This document shows positions 8,460-17,001 of a stretch of 32,000 bases of DNA, piece by piece. The stretch spans positions 720,001-752,000 of the forward strand of contig CP064967.1 of NCBI GenBank assembly GCA_016699265.1, written 5' to 3'. Position 1 is the first letter of the stretch. Every line of letters begins with the position of its first letter. Under the pieces are notes generated by a model. It was not told the DNA's origin. It saw only the letters and a list, made by a program, of their open reading frames with translations, and searched no databases. The translations under genes and the position numbers were made by a program. This stretch comes from Candidatus Saccharimonadota bacterium (GTDB taxonomy: Bacteria; Patescibacteriota; Microgenomatia; UBA1406; GWC2-37-13).

Positions 8460-9551
8460 TTACTCTAGGAAGTCTTTGAGCTTACGAGCTCGTGTTGGAT
8501 GCTTGAGTTTGCGAATTGCCTTTGCCTCAATCTGTCTGATGCGCTCTCTGGTAACCTTAAACTCTTTTCCAACCTCCTCAAGTGTTTTTTGTTTTGAGTC
8601 CTCAAGACCAAAGCGCATCATAAGAACCTTGCGTTCTCTAGGAGACAACGTATCGAGAACCTTGTTCAACGCATCCTTTAACAGCTCTTTTGCTACCTTA
8701 TCGTAAAGCGATGGTTGACTTGCGTCTGTAATAAACTGCTCAAGAGTTGTTTCTTTGTCGTCTCCAATTGGAGTAGACAGAGACTTTGGCTGCTGAGAAA
8801 TTCTCATTAAGTTCTCCACTTCCTCAACTGTGATTTCCATATCCTTTGCGATCTCCTTTAGTTTTGGATCACGTCCATACTTTTGGGTTAGACGCCTTTG
8901 AGTCTTGTAAAATCTGTTAATCTGGTCGACCATGTGAACAGGGATTCTAATTGTTCTAGACTGATCAGCAATTGCACGTGTTATTGCCTGACGAATCCAC
9001 CATGTCGCATATGTTGAGAACTTGAAACCTCTTCTCCAGTCGTATTTTTCTACTCCTCGGATAAGACCTTTGTTTCCTTCTTGAATCAGATCGAGAAATG
9101 ATAGACGACGTCCAAGATACTTTTTGGCAATGGAGACCACGAGTCTGAGGTTTGCTTTAATAAGAAGCTCCTTGGCTTGCTCGTCACCCTTCTCATAGCG
9201 CTTTGCTAGATCAACCTCTTGTTCAAACTTAAGAAGCGGGGTTTTGCCAATTTCTTTAAGATACTTTTTAATCGGGTCCAAAGACTCACCATGTCTAGCG
9301 GTGATAAGCTGCTCAATCTCTTTTTCGATCTCCTCAGCTGACTTTTTTGCATCTTCTTCCTCACGAGTTGAGACAGTCTCGAAGATATCAATGCCTCGTT
9401 TTAAAGCCTGATCAAAAAACTCATCTACATCGGCGACGTGATTTTCAGGTTCTGGGTAAACGAGTAAAATATCGTCCTGAACCAAAAAACCGTCTTCTTC
9501 ACCTTGATCAAGTAGCTCAACGAGAGATTTGGGGAGTTTGTGCTTCACCAT
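8460..9551 (-). CDS. rpoD: RNA polymerase primary sigma factor (sigma-70 family)
   Basis: 363 aa. Region 2 is [54 protein letters not shown]. Regions 3 and 4 are [29 protein letters not shown]. Confidence 0.95.
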   Translation of the reverse strand: MVKHKLPKSLVELLDQGEEDGFLVQDDILLVYPEPENHVADVDEFFDQALKRGIDIFETVSTREEEDAKKSAEEIEKEIEQLITARHGESLDPIKKYLKEIGKTPLLKFEQEVDLAKRYEKGDEQAKELLIKANLRLVVSIAKKYLGRRLSFLDLIQEGNKGLIRGVEKYDWRRGFKFSTYATWWIRQAITRAIADQSRTIRIPVHMVDQINRFYKTQRRLTQKYGRDPKLKEIAKDMEITVEEVENLMRISQQPKSLSTPIGDDKETTLEQFITDASQPSLYDKVAKELLKDALNKVLDTLSPRERKVLMMRFGLEDSKQKTLEEVGKEFKVTRERIRQIEAKAIRKLKHPTRARKLKDFLE

Positions 9552-9561
9552 AGCTTCAATT

Positions 9562-11340
9562 TTATAACAAAGAGAGCTTTTTTTCCACCTCTGTTAAGCT
9601 CGCGGTCAGTTCCTTGAGCCTAGGTTCTTCCTTATCGTCTCCATCCTCTTCCTTCATCATCAACTCCTGAATCATTCGTTTATACATATTTCTTTGAAGC
9701 TCGTAGACTGTTTTTGTAAAATCTCCGTACCCGGACTCCTCTTCATAGGATGCGAATAGATATAGCTCATTAAAGACGGGCACTAATTCTGCCTGCAGTT
9801 GGTTACTGAACTCATCAATAGATCGAGCCGGATGCTTCTTTCTAAATGATAGAAATTCGTTGAATAACGCCTTGTAGGATGGTACGGTAAACATTTCTGG
9901 ATCGAACTCATGAATCATGTCATAGAGTCTCTCTCCTTCTTTTTTTTGAAAAAGAAGACCGAGGATGTATTTTTGAATAATAACTTCTCGTGGCATCTTT
10001 ACAACAGCTGCCTGTTGCTTAGTGACGTATCTCGGTTGAGTAAACTTCTTTTTATTACTATAGAGCGATCGCTGAATACTTGATTCACTAACCCCAAGAG
10101 TCTCAGCTGTTTTTTTAATGTAATGTGACTGGACGATGGGGTTCTGTATCTTGGCAATAAATGCACCCATCTCATCCGCTATTTGCTTCTTGCCAAATGG
10201 ATCATCGACTAAATACTTTCGCAGAAGCGAGGAAAGAATAAAATCGTACACCGGAATTCTGTTTGTAAGTGCCTTTTTGAACCTGACCAAATCTTTACGT
10301 ACTGCCTCGTCGGGATCTTTAGCAAAATCTAACACCATAACCTCAATCTCGAAATCCAGTTTTTCTGCTTCGTCGGTACCACGCTTTACTGCCTCTTCGC
10401 CTGTAGCATCGGCGTCAAGTGCAAACACCAGTCTTGTACAGTAACGCTTCAACAACATGAGCTGATCGCTTGTGATTGCCGAACCCTTGACCGCTACAAC
10501 GTTCTCAATTCCGTACTGGAATGGAGCGATAACGTCAAACTCTCCCTCAACTAAAACAACGTAACCCTCTTTCTTGATCGAGTCCTTCGCTAAGTAAATT
10601 CCGTACAATGACTCGCGCTTGTGATAAATAGTGGTCTCGGGAGTATTAATATATTTCGATCCTGGATTATCCTTATCCTCCTTTAGAACTCTGCCTGAAA
10701 AGGCAATAATGTTCCCTCTCGAGTCCTTTATTGGGAAAACAAGTCTCCCTCTAAAACGGTCGTATCCTGCAGACTTAGAGGACTTTACCGTCAATCCTAC
10801 CTGCTCCAACTCCTGTGAGGAGTAGTTTTTCTTAAGTAGATACTTCATTAGCGATTCCCATGAGTCAGGGGCGTACCCGATCTGAAATGTCTGTGCGATC
10901 TCCGGCTTAATTCCTCTTTCGGCGAGGTAGTCTCGAGCTGTCTTTCCGGTATCTGTTTTATCAAGGACGTACTGATAGTAATCCGCTGCAAGTCTATTCA
11001 GCGAATAAAAACGGTCCTTCAGCTTCAGACCAGCGTCATCCACTTGCGCAAAAGATATGTTGAGTCCGTATCGTTTAGACAGCTCCTGCGCGGCCTCTAA
11101 AAAGGTCAAATTTTCCACCTTCATAAGAAAACTTATGACATCTCCACCCTCATTGCAGGTACCAAAGCAGTGCCAGATCTGTCGATCCGGAGAAATAAAA
11201 AAAGAAGGAGATTTTTCTTTATGAAACGGACAGTTTGCTTTGAAATTTCTCCCCGCCTTTTTGACAGGTATATATGAACTTATCACCTGCACAATATCAA
11301 CCTTTTTCTTAATCTCGTCTGCCACATTTACCATCGCCAT
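9562..11340 (-). CDS. dnaG: DNA primase
   Basis: 592 aa. Zinc ribbon [29 protein letters not shown] polymerase core, [16 protein letters not shown]...[11 protein letters not shown]. It sits directly upstream of rpoD, as in the macromolecular synthesis operon. Confidence 0.95.
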   Translation of the reverse strand: MAMVNVADEIKKKVDIVQVISSYIPVKKAGRNFKANCPFHKEKSPSFFISPDRQIWHCFGTCNEGGDVISFLMKVENLTFLEAAQELSKRYGLNISFAQVDDAGLKLKDRFYSLNRLAADYYQYVLDKTDTGKTARDYLAERGIKPEIAQTFQIGYAPDSWESLMKYLLKKNYSSQELEQVGLTVKSSKSAGYDRFRGRLVFPIKDSRGNIIAFSGRVLKEDKDNPGSKYINTPETTIYHKRESLYGIYLAKDSIKKEGYVVLVEGEFDVIAPFQYGIENVVAVKGSAITSDQLMLLKRYCTRLVFALDADATGEEAVKRGTDEAEKLDFEIEVMVLDFAKDPDEAVRKDLVRFKKALTNRIPVYDFILSSLLRKYLVDDPFGKKQIADEMGAFIAKIQNPIVQSHYIKKTAETLGVSESSIQRSLYSNKKKFTQPRYVTKQQAAVVKMPREVIIQKYILGLLFQKKEGERLYDMIHEFDPEMFTVPSYKALFNEFLSFRKKHPARSIDEFSNQLQAELVPVFNELYLFASYEEESGYGDFTKTVYELQRNMYKRMIQELMMKEEDGDDKEEPRLKELTASLTEVEKKLSLL

Positions 11341-11356
11341 ATTTTACCATCAAAAT

Positions 11357-11440
11357 ATCGTATATCGTATACCGTATAACGTATGTCGTATACTAAATAC
11401 TAAATACTAAATACTAAATACTAAATACGAAATACGAGTC
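11357..11440. repeat. twelve consecutive 7-nt units (5x NNCGTAT, 5x perfect ACTAAAT, ACGAAAT, ACGAGTC)
   Basis: Read directly: ATCGTAT ATCGTAT ACCGTAT AACGTAT GTCGTAT ACTAAAT x5 ACGAAAT ACGAGTC. The array lies in the divergent spacer between dnaG and ORF 11498. Confidence 0.9.
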
Positions 11441-11476
11441 AACGCGTCCGGCTTGTAATCTGAAAAAAAGTGAGAG

Positions 11477-11482
11477 TATAAT
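11477..11482 (+). promoter_or_regulatory. -10 box TATAAT upstream of ORF 11498
   Basis: Perfect TATAAT 15 nt upstream of ATG 11498, with no SD motif in between. Confidence 0.4.
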
Positions 11483-11497
11483 GATTTGTAGATCACT

Positions 11498-12976
11498 ATG
11501 ATATATATCCATATAGAATCAGCTCAGTTAAAGATACTTGCACTGAAAAAATCTCTTCTTGGACAGTATGAAATAACTACCTTTGAAAAAAAGCATGATG
11601 CTGATCTATTGGACAATGGTAGGGTAGTAAATATTGACGTTCTCGCATCCGCGATTAAAGAGGGTGTTACTCACGCGAATGCACTCTCCGATAAGGACGT
11701 TGTACTAGTTCTCCCACAGGAATCATTCTCATTTCTGAAAGTCGAGGTTCCCGTAGACATTGCATCCTCGGCTATTGCATCGTTTGTATACGATAAGGCT
11801 CGTTCCACTCTTCAGATGGATCTGGACAATAGTTACTCGAATTACTTTATAAAGGAATCGGCTGCACAAAAACAAGTTTCATTTTATGCTCTCGAATCCT
11901 CTGTTTTAGACTCCTTCACTGAAGCTCTCACACTCCTGAATTTAAAGGTCGTCCATGTGGTTCCAGAGACTCTTGCAATCTTCAAGTTGTTCGAAAAAAC
12001 GCTTCGCCAAGAGAAAAAAGAAAATATCTGGTATGTCTCTTATAGTGGTTCAGATCTTAATGGATATCTTTTCGATTCTGGAGGACCACTTGCCGATCCT
12101 CATTGGAAAGCAAAGATAGAGGAAGGTAAGAAAATTGAGGAAATTCTAAAGGCTCAGACAGATGGTTTTGCAGAAAGAGGAAATAAATTAAACAGAATTA
12201 TTCTTTCTGGGAACGCTTCGGACAGCATTCGTCAAGACACCTTCACTAAGGCAGTTGGAGCATGGACCAATCCTCTTAAGCGAATTATTCCTAATTTTTA
12301 CGACGCGTACCTTAAGTCACTAGTTATCCCGACCGGTACTGCATTCCCAATTTTGACATTTGACGTTTGTTTCGGAGCATTTATATTTCTTCAAGAAAAT
12401 AAGGACTTTCAACTTCTTAAAAGAGCACCAAAGGCAATTTCGAAGAGAAGCTCATTTTCAATGCCTCGAATTCCGTTGTTTAGAAAGGAACTATTTATCT
12501 TTCTAGCAGCCTTCGGTCTTTCTTTCGGAGCATTCATTCTCTTATCTCGGTCAAACTTCACATCAATGAAGCTTCCTTCCATAACAGTTCCTTCTGTCTC
12601 GATTCCGAACATTCCTAATCCATTCGTTGTGGCGAAACCATCACCGACTACTATTCCAACTACAGCACCCACGCCTACACCAAGTTATGATAAAGAAACC
12701 ATACGAATTAAGATACTTAACGGAGCCGGAACTCCAGGAATTGCGAGTACCGCAAAGTCTCTTCTATCAGATGGAGGTTTTAAGGAAATTGTGACAGCGA
12801 ATGCTGACAACTATGACTACACGACTACTGTCTACCAGATTAAGGCTGAATATAACGATGTGAAATCAGAACTTACCAAGGCGCTTGATGGTAGCGTAAA
12901 AACTCCAAAGGTAGAAAAGCTCAGCGATAAAGACACCTCAGACATCATAGTTATCCTAGGATCTGATTTTAAATAA
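11498..12976 (+). CDS. membrane protein with PilM/FtsA-like N-terminal region and C-terminal LytR_C domain
   Basis: 492 aa. One TM helix (LFIFLAAFGLSFGAFILLS), then a Pro/Thr linker. The C-terminal IRIKILNGAGTPGIASTAKSLLSDGGFKEIVTANADNYDYTTTVYQ matches the LytR cell-envelope-related C-terminal domain. The N-terminal actin-like/PilM resemblance is weak. Confidence 0.55.
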   Translation: MIYIHIESAQLKILALKKSLLGQYEITTFEKKHDADLLDNGRVVNIDVLASAIKEGVTHANALSDKDVVLVLPQESFSFLKVEVPVDIASSAIASFVYDKARSTLQMDLDNSYSNYFIKESAAQKQVSFYALESSVLDSFTEALTLLNLKVVHVVPETLAIFKLFEKTLRQEKKENIWYVSYSGSDLNGYLFDSGGPLADPHWKAKIEEGKKIEEILKAQTDGFAERGNKLNRIILSGNASDSIRQDTFTKAVGAWTNPLKRIIPNFYDAYLKSLVIPTGTAFPILTFDVCFGAFIFLQENKDFQLLKRAPKAISKRSSFSMPRIPLFRKELFIFLAAFGLSFGAFILLSRSNFTSMKLPSITVPSVSIPNIPNPFVVAKPSPTTIPTTAPTPTPSYDKETIRIKILNGAGTPGIASTAKSLLSDGGFKEIVTANADNYDYTTTVYQIKAEYNDVKSELTKALDGSVKTPKVEKLSDKDTSDIIVILGSDFK

Positions 12977-13015
12977 GAACCGATAAGCTAAGATCGAGTT
13001 ATAAAATATGGTCAT

Positions 13016-13567
13016 TTAGACCTCAAGACACATGATAATTTCATCGACGTAATTGCCTTTATATGATATCTTTTCAGGAAATCTACCAACTTCTCGAAAA
13101 CCACAGCTTTTGTAAAGGCTGATTGCAACTTCATTAATTGCAAATACAGTAAGCTCTATTATACGAAGACCATTCAACTCTTTTTTCGCCTCACTAATAA
13201 CAGTCTCTAATAAAAGTCTTCCCAAACCCATTCCACGAACAGATGAATCAACAGAAAGCCCCAGTCCTCCAACATGGGAATGTGTTCTAACCCCGAGACT
13301 AATCTCAGTGGTACCGACAACTTGTCCATCGACCATTAATACAAGTTTGACCGTCGTACTAGACTCTATTTTCTTAATAATTTCCCGCACGTACTTTTGC
13401 TCGTCCTCTAGCGATATCTGCTCTCCCTGAAAGGTAATAAAAGTCTTCTCTTTAGATAATTTGTTGATAAAGTGTCGCATTGGCTCCACGTCGTCTTCAT
13501 CCAGATGACGAATAACCACCTTCCTACCTTCCATTATTTTTTCAATCACTATCTGCCCTAATTTCAT
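13016..13567 (-). CDS. GNAT-family N-acetyltransferase
   Basis: Acetyl-CoA site VRGMGLGRLLLE and FAINEVAISLYKSCGFREVG. The ORF track starts at GTG 13585. ATG 13567 is preferred because a TATAAT (13574-13579 on the minus strand) lies 6 nt upstream of it. Confidence 0.8.
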   Translation of the reverse strand: MKLGQIVIEKIMEGRKVVIRHLDEDDVEPMRHFINKLSKEKTFITFQGEQISLEDEQKYVREIIKKIESSTTVKLVLMVDGQVVGTTEISLGVRTHSHVGGLGLSVDSSVRGMGLGRLLLETVISEAKKELNGLRIIELTVFAINEVAISLYKSCGFREVGRFPEKISYKGNYVDEIIMCLEV

Positions 13568-13573
13568 AAAGAT

Positions 13574-13579
13574 ATTATA
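13574..13579 (-). promoter_or_regulatory. -10 box TATAAT 6 nt upstream of the GNAT ATG (leaderless-type)
   Basis: The plus strand reads ATTATA at 13574-13579; the ATG on the minus strand is at 13567. Confidence 0.45.
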
Positions 13580-13613
13580 CGCCACACGGAAAGCTTTTAG
13601 CCCCTTCTTACGA

Positions 13614-13619
13614 TATAAT
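13614..13619 (+). promoter_or_regulatory. -10 box TATAAT 5 nt upstream of the prfB ATG (leaderless-type)
   Basis: TATAAT at 13614-13619, ATG at 13625, no SD motif. Confidence 0.45.
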
Positions 13620-13624
13620 TAGGC

Positions 13625-14635
13625 ATGGACGAAGAACTAGATAGACGCATACAAAACATACTTGAAAAAGCAGATCTCCCAAAACGCAGAGTAGAACTTG
13701 AGGAACTCGAGAAGCAAACGTACGACTCAGATTTCTGGAAGGACTCTGAAAAAGCTGGCAAAATATCTAAAAAAATTGCTGAGCAAAAAAAAGAGCTTGA
13801 GGATATTGAGATGCTTCAACTTTTGCAGGAGGAGAACCAGTTTGATGAAGCTGGTAAACTTCTAAAAAAATATGAAACTCTTCTTTTCCTGTCAGGGCCT
13901 TACGACAAAGAAGATGCGGTATTCTCTATTCACTCAGGCCAAGGAGGAACTGAGGCTATGGACTGGGCGAGTATGCTCTTTAGAATGTATACTCGTTACT
14001 TTGAACTTAAAGGTTGGCGATGGGAGGAAATTGATCGGGTCGCAGGTGAAGAGGCAGGAATAAAAAGCATAACTATTAATGTATCGGGCCCATATGTCTA
14101 TGGGTATCTAAGAGGAGAAGCTGGCGCACACCGACTCGTCAGACAGTCTCCATTTAACGCAGATAAACTTCGCCAGACCTCATTTGCCTTAGTTGAAGTA
14201 CTACCACTGATAGAAGATCAGAGTATTGAGATCCGTGAAGATGAACTTGACTGGCAATTTTTTAGAGCAGGTGGCCATGGAGGTCAAAATGTGAATAAGG
14301 TTGCCACAGCGGTCCGTCTCATTCACAAACCAACAGGGCTAACGGTAACGGCGCAGACCGAACGACAGCAGATGCAAAATCGAGAAATCGCCCTCAAACT
14401 TCTTCGTGCTAAACTTTGGCAGATTGAGGAGGAAAGAAAGCAAAAAACGATAGAAGGACTCAAGGGTGAAAAAATCGCAAGTTTTGGACGTCAGATCAGA
14501 TCTTACGTACTTCATCCCTACAAAATGGTTAAGGATCTCAGAACAGAGTACGAAACATCACAGGCAGAGGCCGTACTTGATGGAGAGCTTGATGGCTTCA
14601 TCGAGGCATGGTTAAAGTCGGATAAGCGAAAATAA
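13625..14635 (+). CDS. prfB: peptide chain release factor 2
   Basis: 336 aa with the SPF tripeptide (LVRQSPFNA) and GGQ motif ([13 protein letters not shown]). It is one contiguous ORF with no internal programmed +1 frameshift site. Confidence 0.95.
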   Translation: MDEELDRRIQNILEKADLPKRRVELEELEKQTYDSDFWKDSEKAGKISKKIAEQKKELEDIEMLQLLQEENQFDEAGKLLKKYETLLFLSGPYDKEDAVFSIHSGQGGTEAMDWASMLFRMYTRYFELKGWRWEEIDRVAGEEAGIKSITINVSGPYVYGYLRGEAGAHRLVRQSPFNADKLRQTSFALVEVLPLIEDQSIEIREDELDWQFFRAGGHGGQNVNKVATAVRLIHKPTGLTVTAQTERQQMQNREIALKLLRAKLWQIEEERKQKTIEGLKGEKIASFGRQIRSYVLHPYKMVKDLRTEYETSQAEAVLDGELDGFIEAWLKSDKRK

Positions 14636-14638
14636 CTT

Positions 14639-14708
14639 CAAAATCCAAAGCACAAATATCAAACCTGCCTGCCGGCAGGCAGGCAAAATCCAAAGCACAA
14701 AGTTCAAA
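14639..14708. repeat. 20-nt perfect GC-rich palindrome CCTGCCTGCCGGCAGGCAGG (14664-14683) bracketed by a 25-nt direct repeat
   Basis: CAAAATCCAAAGCACAAA occurs at 14639-14656 and 14684-14701, followed by TATCAAA and GTTCAAA respectively. The palindrome sits between the two copies, 3 nt after the prfB stop region begins. Confidence 0.9.
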
Positions 14709-14748
14709 TTCAGATTTTGGATTTGGAACTTTATTTGACATTGGGATT

Positions 14749-14777
14749 TTGACATTTGAAATTGGTTTTGCTACCAT
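14749..14777 (+). promoter_or_regulatory. sigma-70-type promoter: TTGACA, 17-nt spacer, TACCAT, then 6 nt to ATG 14784
   Basis: Perfect -35 hexamer at 14749-14754 (a second TTGACA lies at 14735-14740). The -10-like TACCAT is at 14772-14777. The start codon sits 6 nt downstream, implying a leaderless transcript. Confidence 0.5.
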
Positions 14778-14783
14778 GTATCC

Positions 14784-15215
14784 ATGGATCCAAAAACCTC
14801 GACCGTAAGACCACTCCGAACGAACCCACAGTCTGTAATTCCTGTCTGGCTTGCAATTGCAATCCTTGTAGCATCGGGATTAATTGGAGGATTTTCTGGG
14901 TGGGCATTGTCTGCCAAGTCTTCTGCCAAATCAGAAACTCCTTCTCAATCGGTAGTGACCTCTAAGTCGTCAGGAATCAAAGATACCAAACGCTTCCCAG
15001 ATGCCGCTATGGGAATTTTGAAGGAGGGAGGTATCGATGGTGAAGGAAGCTATCATCTAGAAAGACCCGGGGGGAAGTCGCAAAATGTATACCTCACCTC
15101 AAGTATCGTTGACCTTGCAAAATTCGTAGGAAAAAAGATTAAAGTACAGGGAGAGACCTTCTCAGGTCAGACCGCTGGATGGTTAATGGATGTGGGATAC
15201 GTCGAACTTCAATAA
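14784..15215 (+). CDS. membrane-anchored hypothetical protein
   Basis: 143 aa. N-terminal anchor VIPVWLAIAILVASGLIGGFSGWAL, a Ser-rich linker, and a small C-terminal domain (HLERPGGKSQNVYLTSSIVDL...GWLMDVGYVELQ). No named family. Confidence 0.6.
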   Translation: MDPKTSTVRPLRTNPQSVIPVWLAIAILVASGLIGGFSGWALSAKSSAKSETPSQSVVTSKSSGIKDTKRFPDAAMGILKEGGIDGEGSYHLERPGGKSQNVYLTSSIVDLAKFVGKKIKVQGETFSGQTAGWLMDVGYVELQ

Positions 15216-15225
15216 CTTTATTAAC

Positions 15226-15299
15226 TACCTAGTGTTAATTCTTCATTCACGGATTAAAGAATTAACGGATTGAATTCGTTAATGCGTTAGTTCGTTAAT
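15226..15299. repeat. copy A of a TTAACG/CGTTAA-rich element upstream of ftsE
   Basis: 15250-15299 is CGGATTAAAGAATTAACGGATTGAATTCGTTAATGCGTTAGTTCGTTAAT. About 44 of 50 positions match 16941-16989. The left arm TACCTAGTGTTAATT resembles TACCCATTGTTAATT at 16924-16938. Confidence 0.85.
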
Positions 15300-15332
15300 T
15301 GGTGATCTGCAATAAAAATCGCATTTTTTCAT

Positions 15333-15338
15333 TATAAT
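15333..15338 (+). promoter_or_regulatory. -10 box TATAAT 9 nt upstream of the ftsE ATG
   Basis: Perfect TATAAT, ATG at 15348, no SD motif. Confidence 0.4.
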
Positions 15339-15347
15339 GAATGTACA

Positions 15348-16025
15348 ATGATTAGTTTTCAAAATGTTTCGATGCAGTTTCCTATGGGGAACGCTGCACT
15401 GAAAGATGTCAGCTTTGAGATTAAGGAAAACGAGTTTGTGTTTCTTGTTGGCCCATCGGGAGCGGGTAAAACCACCATTCTTAAACTTATCCTCAAGCAG
15501 CTAACCCCATCCTCGGGAACTATTCTGGTAAATAATATGGAGATAACCGCTCCGAACTTTAATCAGACCGAGAATCTTCGAAGAATGATGGGCGTTGTTT
15601 TTCAGGACTTCAAGATTCTGCAAGATAAAAACGTGTTTGAGAACATAGCTATGAGTCTACGCATTCAGTCGGCCTCTCGTTCACAAATTGATTCAGAAGT
15701 ACAGGAAGCGCTTGAGCTCGTTGGTCTGAAACATAAAGAACGTGCTTTTCCTTCTCAGATGTCCGCCGGAGAGCTTCAAAGAATTGCGATAGCGCGTGCC
15801 ATTGTCGGAAATCGAGAAATAATAGTAGCCGATGAACCGACCGGAAACTTAGACCCCAAAACTTCATGGGAAATTATGAAGATCTTCAAAAAACTCGAGG
15901 GTAAAAAAACAATTCTGTTTGCTACTCATAATAGTGATATTGTTAACAGTATGAGAAAGAGAGTTTTTGTGATGAAAGAAGGCGAGCTTAAGAAAGACAT
16001 TAAAAAAGGGGGATACGACCTATGA
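15348..16025 (+). CDS. ftsE: cell division ABC transporter ATP-binding protein FtsE
   Basis: 225 aa. Walker A GPSGAGKTT, ABC signature MSAGELQR, Walker B IIVADEPTGNLD. It is followed by ftsX with an ATGA overlap. Confidence 0.9.
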   Translation: MISFQNVSMQFPMGNAALKDVSFEIKENEFVFLVGPSGAGKTTILKLILKQLTPSSGTILVNNMEITAPNFNQTENLRRMMGVVFQDFKILQDKNVFENIAMSLRIQSASRSQIDSEVQEALELVGLKHKERAFPSQMSAGELQRIAIARAIVGNREIIVADEPTGNLDPKTSWEIMKIFKKLEGKKTILFATHNSDIVNSMRKRVFVMKEGELKKDIKKGGYDL

Positions 16026-16918
16026 ACGAAATAATTACATCAATAAAACGGACTCCGTACCAATCGTTTGCTTCATTTCTTATCCTTTTCTTTACCCTAT
16101 TCCTTGCAGTATTTCTATTTGGAATGACAACGTTTTTTAACGGAATTCTATCTTATGTTGAGACCAAGCCTCAGGTGACTGTCTACTTCCAGAACGAAAC
16201 GAAGGAAAGCTCCATTACCTCAATTCGACAACAATTAGTAAGCTCTGGAAAGGTTTCGAACGTGAAGTATACCTCCAAGCAAGACGCTCTGAAGATTTAT
16301 AAAAATCTAAATAAGAACAATCCCCTGCTTCTAGAAATGGTAAGTGCAGATATACTGCCCGCCTCACTCGAAATATATGCCAACCAAATTTCCGATCTCC
16401 CGCAGATTGCCGAGCAGTTGAATCATATGCAGGGAGTCGATGAGGTAGTGTTCCAAAAAGATGTAATCGATAAGCTTTTGTCTCTAACTACAATGCTGAG
16501 ACGCGTTTCGATCTTCATTCTCGCCTTTTTGGTCATTGTAGTGTTTGTAGTACTCATGACCACTACCGCGTTTAAAATAGCACTAAAGAAGGAGGAGATT
16601 GAGCTGCTACGACTTCTTGGCGCCTCTCATTCTTATGTTAGATGGCCTTTCCTTAAGGAAGGAATGTTCTTTGGTTTCGCGAGCGGAAGCATAGCATTCT
16701 TCCTGTACTATTTAATCTTTTTCGTACTCCAACCGGTTATCAGTTCTTATTTATCTGGAATTCCGGATCTTTCATTCTTAGGTCTTGGTTCGTACGGTCT
16801 TTTCGTCTGGCCTCCAAGTCCACTTTTCATCCTCATATCTTACTTATTAACCGTATTGGCAGGAATCGGTATAGGGTACTTTGGAAACTACCTATCAACA
16901 TCAAAGTACATAAGATAA
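16022..16918 (+). CDS. ftsX: cell division permease-like protein FtsX
   Basis: 298 aa. TM1, an extracytoplasmic domain (PQVTVYFQNE...VDEVVFQKD), then three C-terminal TM helices, which is the typical FtsX topology. An SD-like GGGGGA lies at 16008-16013. Confidence 0.9.
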   Translation: MNEIITSIKRTPYQSFASFLILFFTLFLAVFLFGMTTFFNGILSYVETKPQVTVYFQNETKESSITSIRQQLVSSGKVSNVKYTSKQDALKIYKNLNKNNPLLLEMVSADILPASLEIYANQISDLPQIAEQLNHMQGVDEVVFQKDVIDKLLSLTTMLRRVSIFILAFLVIVVFVVLMTTTAFKIALKKEEIELLRLLGASHSYVRWPFLKEGMFFGFASGSIAFFLYYLIFFVLQPVISSYLSGIPDLSFLGLGSYGLFVWPPSPLFILISYLLTVLAGIGIGYFGNYLSTSKYIR

Positions 16919-16923
16919 GTAAT

Positions 16924-16989
16924 TACCCATTGTTAATTAACGGATTAAAGAATTAACGAATTAATCCGTTAATACGTTAGTTCGTTAAT
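16924..16989. repeat. copy B of the TTAACG/CGTTAA-rich element upstream of the coiled-coil peptidase gene
   Basis: 16941-16989 is CGGATTAAAGAATTAACGAATTAATCCGTTAATACGTTAGTTCGTTAAT. It contains a 10-bp inverted repeat, AACGGATTAA (16939-16948) and TTAATCCGTT (16961-16970). Confidence 0.85.
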
Positions 16990-17001
16990 GACAAATTAAA
17001 A

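Noticed and set aside
11357-11440. The tandem short repeats could be taken for a CRISPR array
   Set aside because: The units are 7 nt with no spacers, far below CRISPR repeat and spacer sizes, and no cas genes are present.
13625-13720. Looked for the programmed +1 frameshift site (CUU UGA C) typical of many prfB genes
   Set aside because: The ORF is contiguous from its ATG through the region that aligns to the E. coli shift site, and there is no in-frame UGA. This RF2 is not frameshift-regulated. Its presence also argues that UGA is a stop codon here.
14664-14683. The GC-rich palindrome as a simple rho-independent terminator for prfB
   Set aside because: Not adopted as the main call. No U-tract follows it on the plus strand, it is bracketed by a direct repeat, and the same sequence occurs inside a coding region at 3261-3279. 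Some terminator activity cannot be excluded.
14756-14965. 69-aa ORF overlapping the start of the 143-aa anchored protein in another frame
   Set aside because: The Cys/Asn-rich translation looks non-protein-like. The promoter geometry (TTGACA-17-TACCAT-6-ATG) points to ATG 14784 in the other frame.
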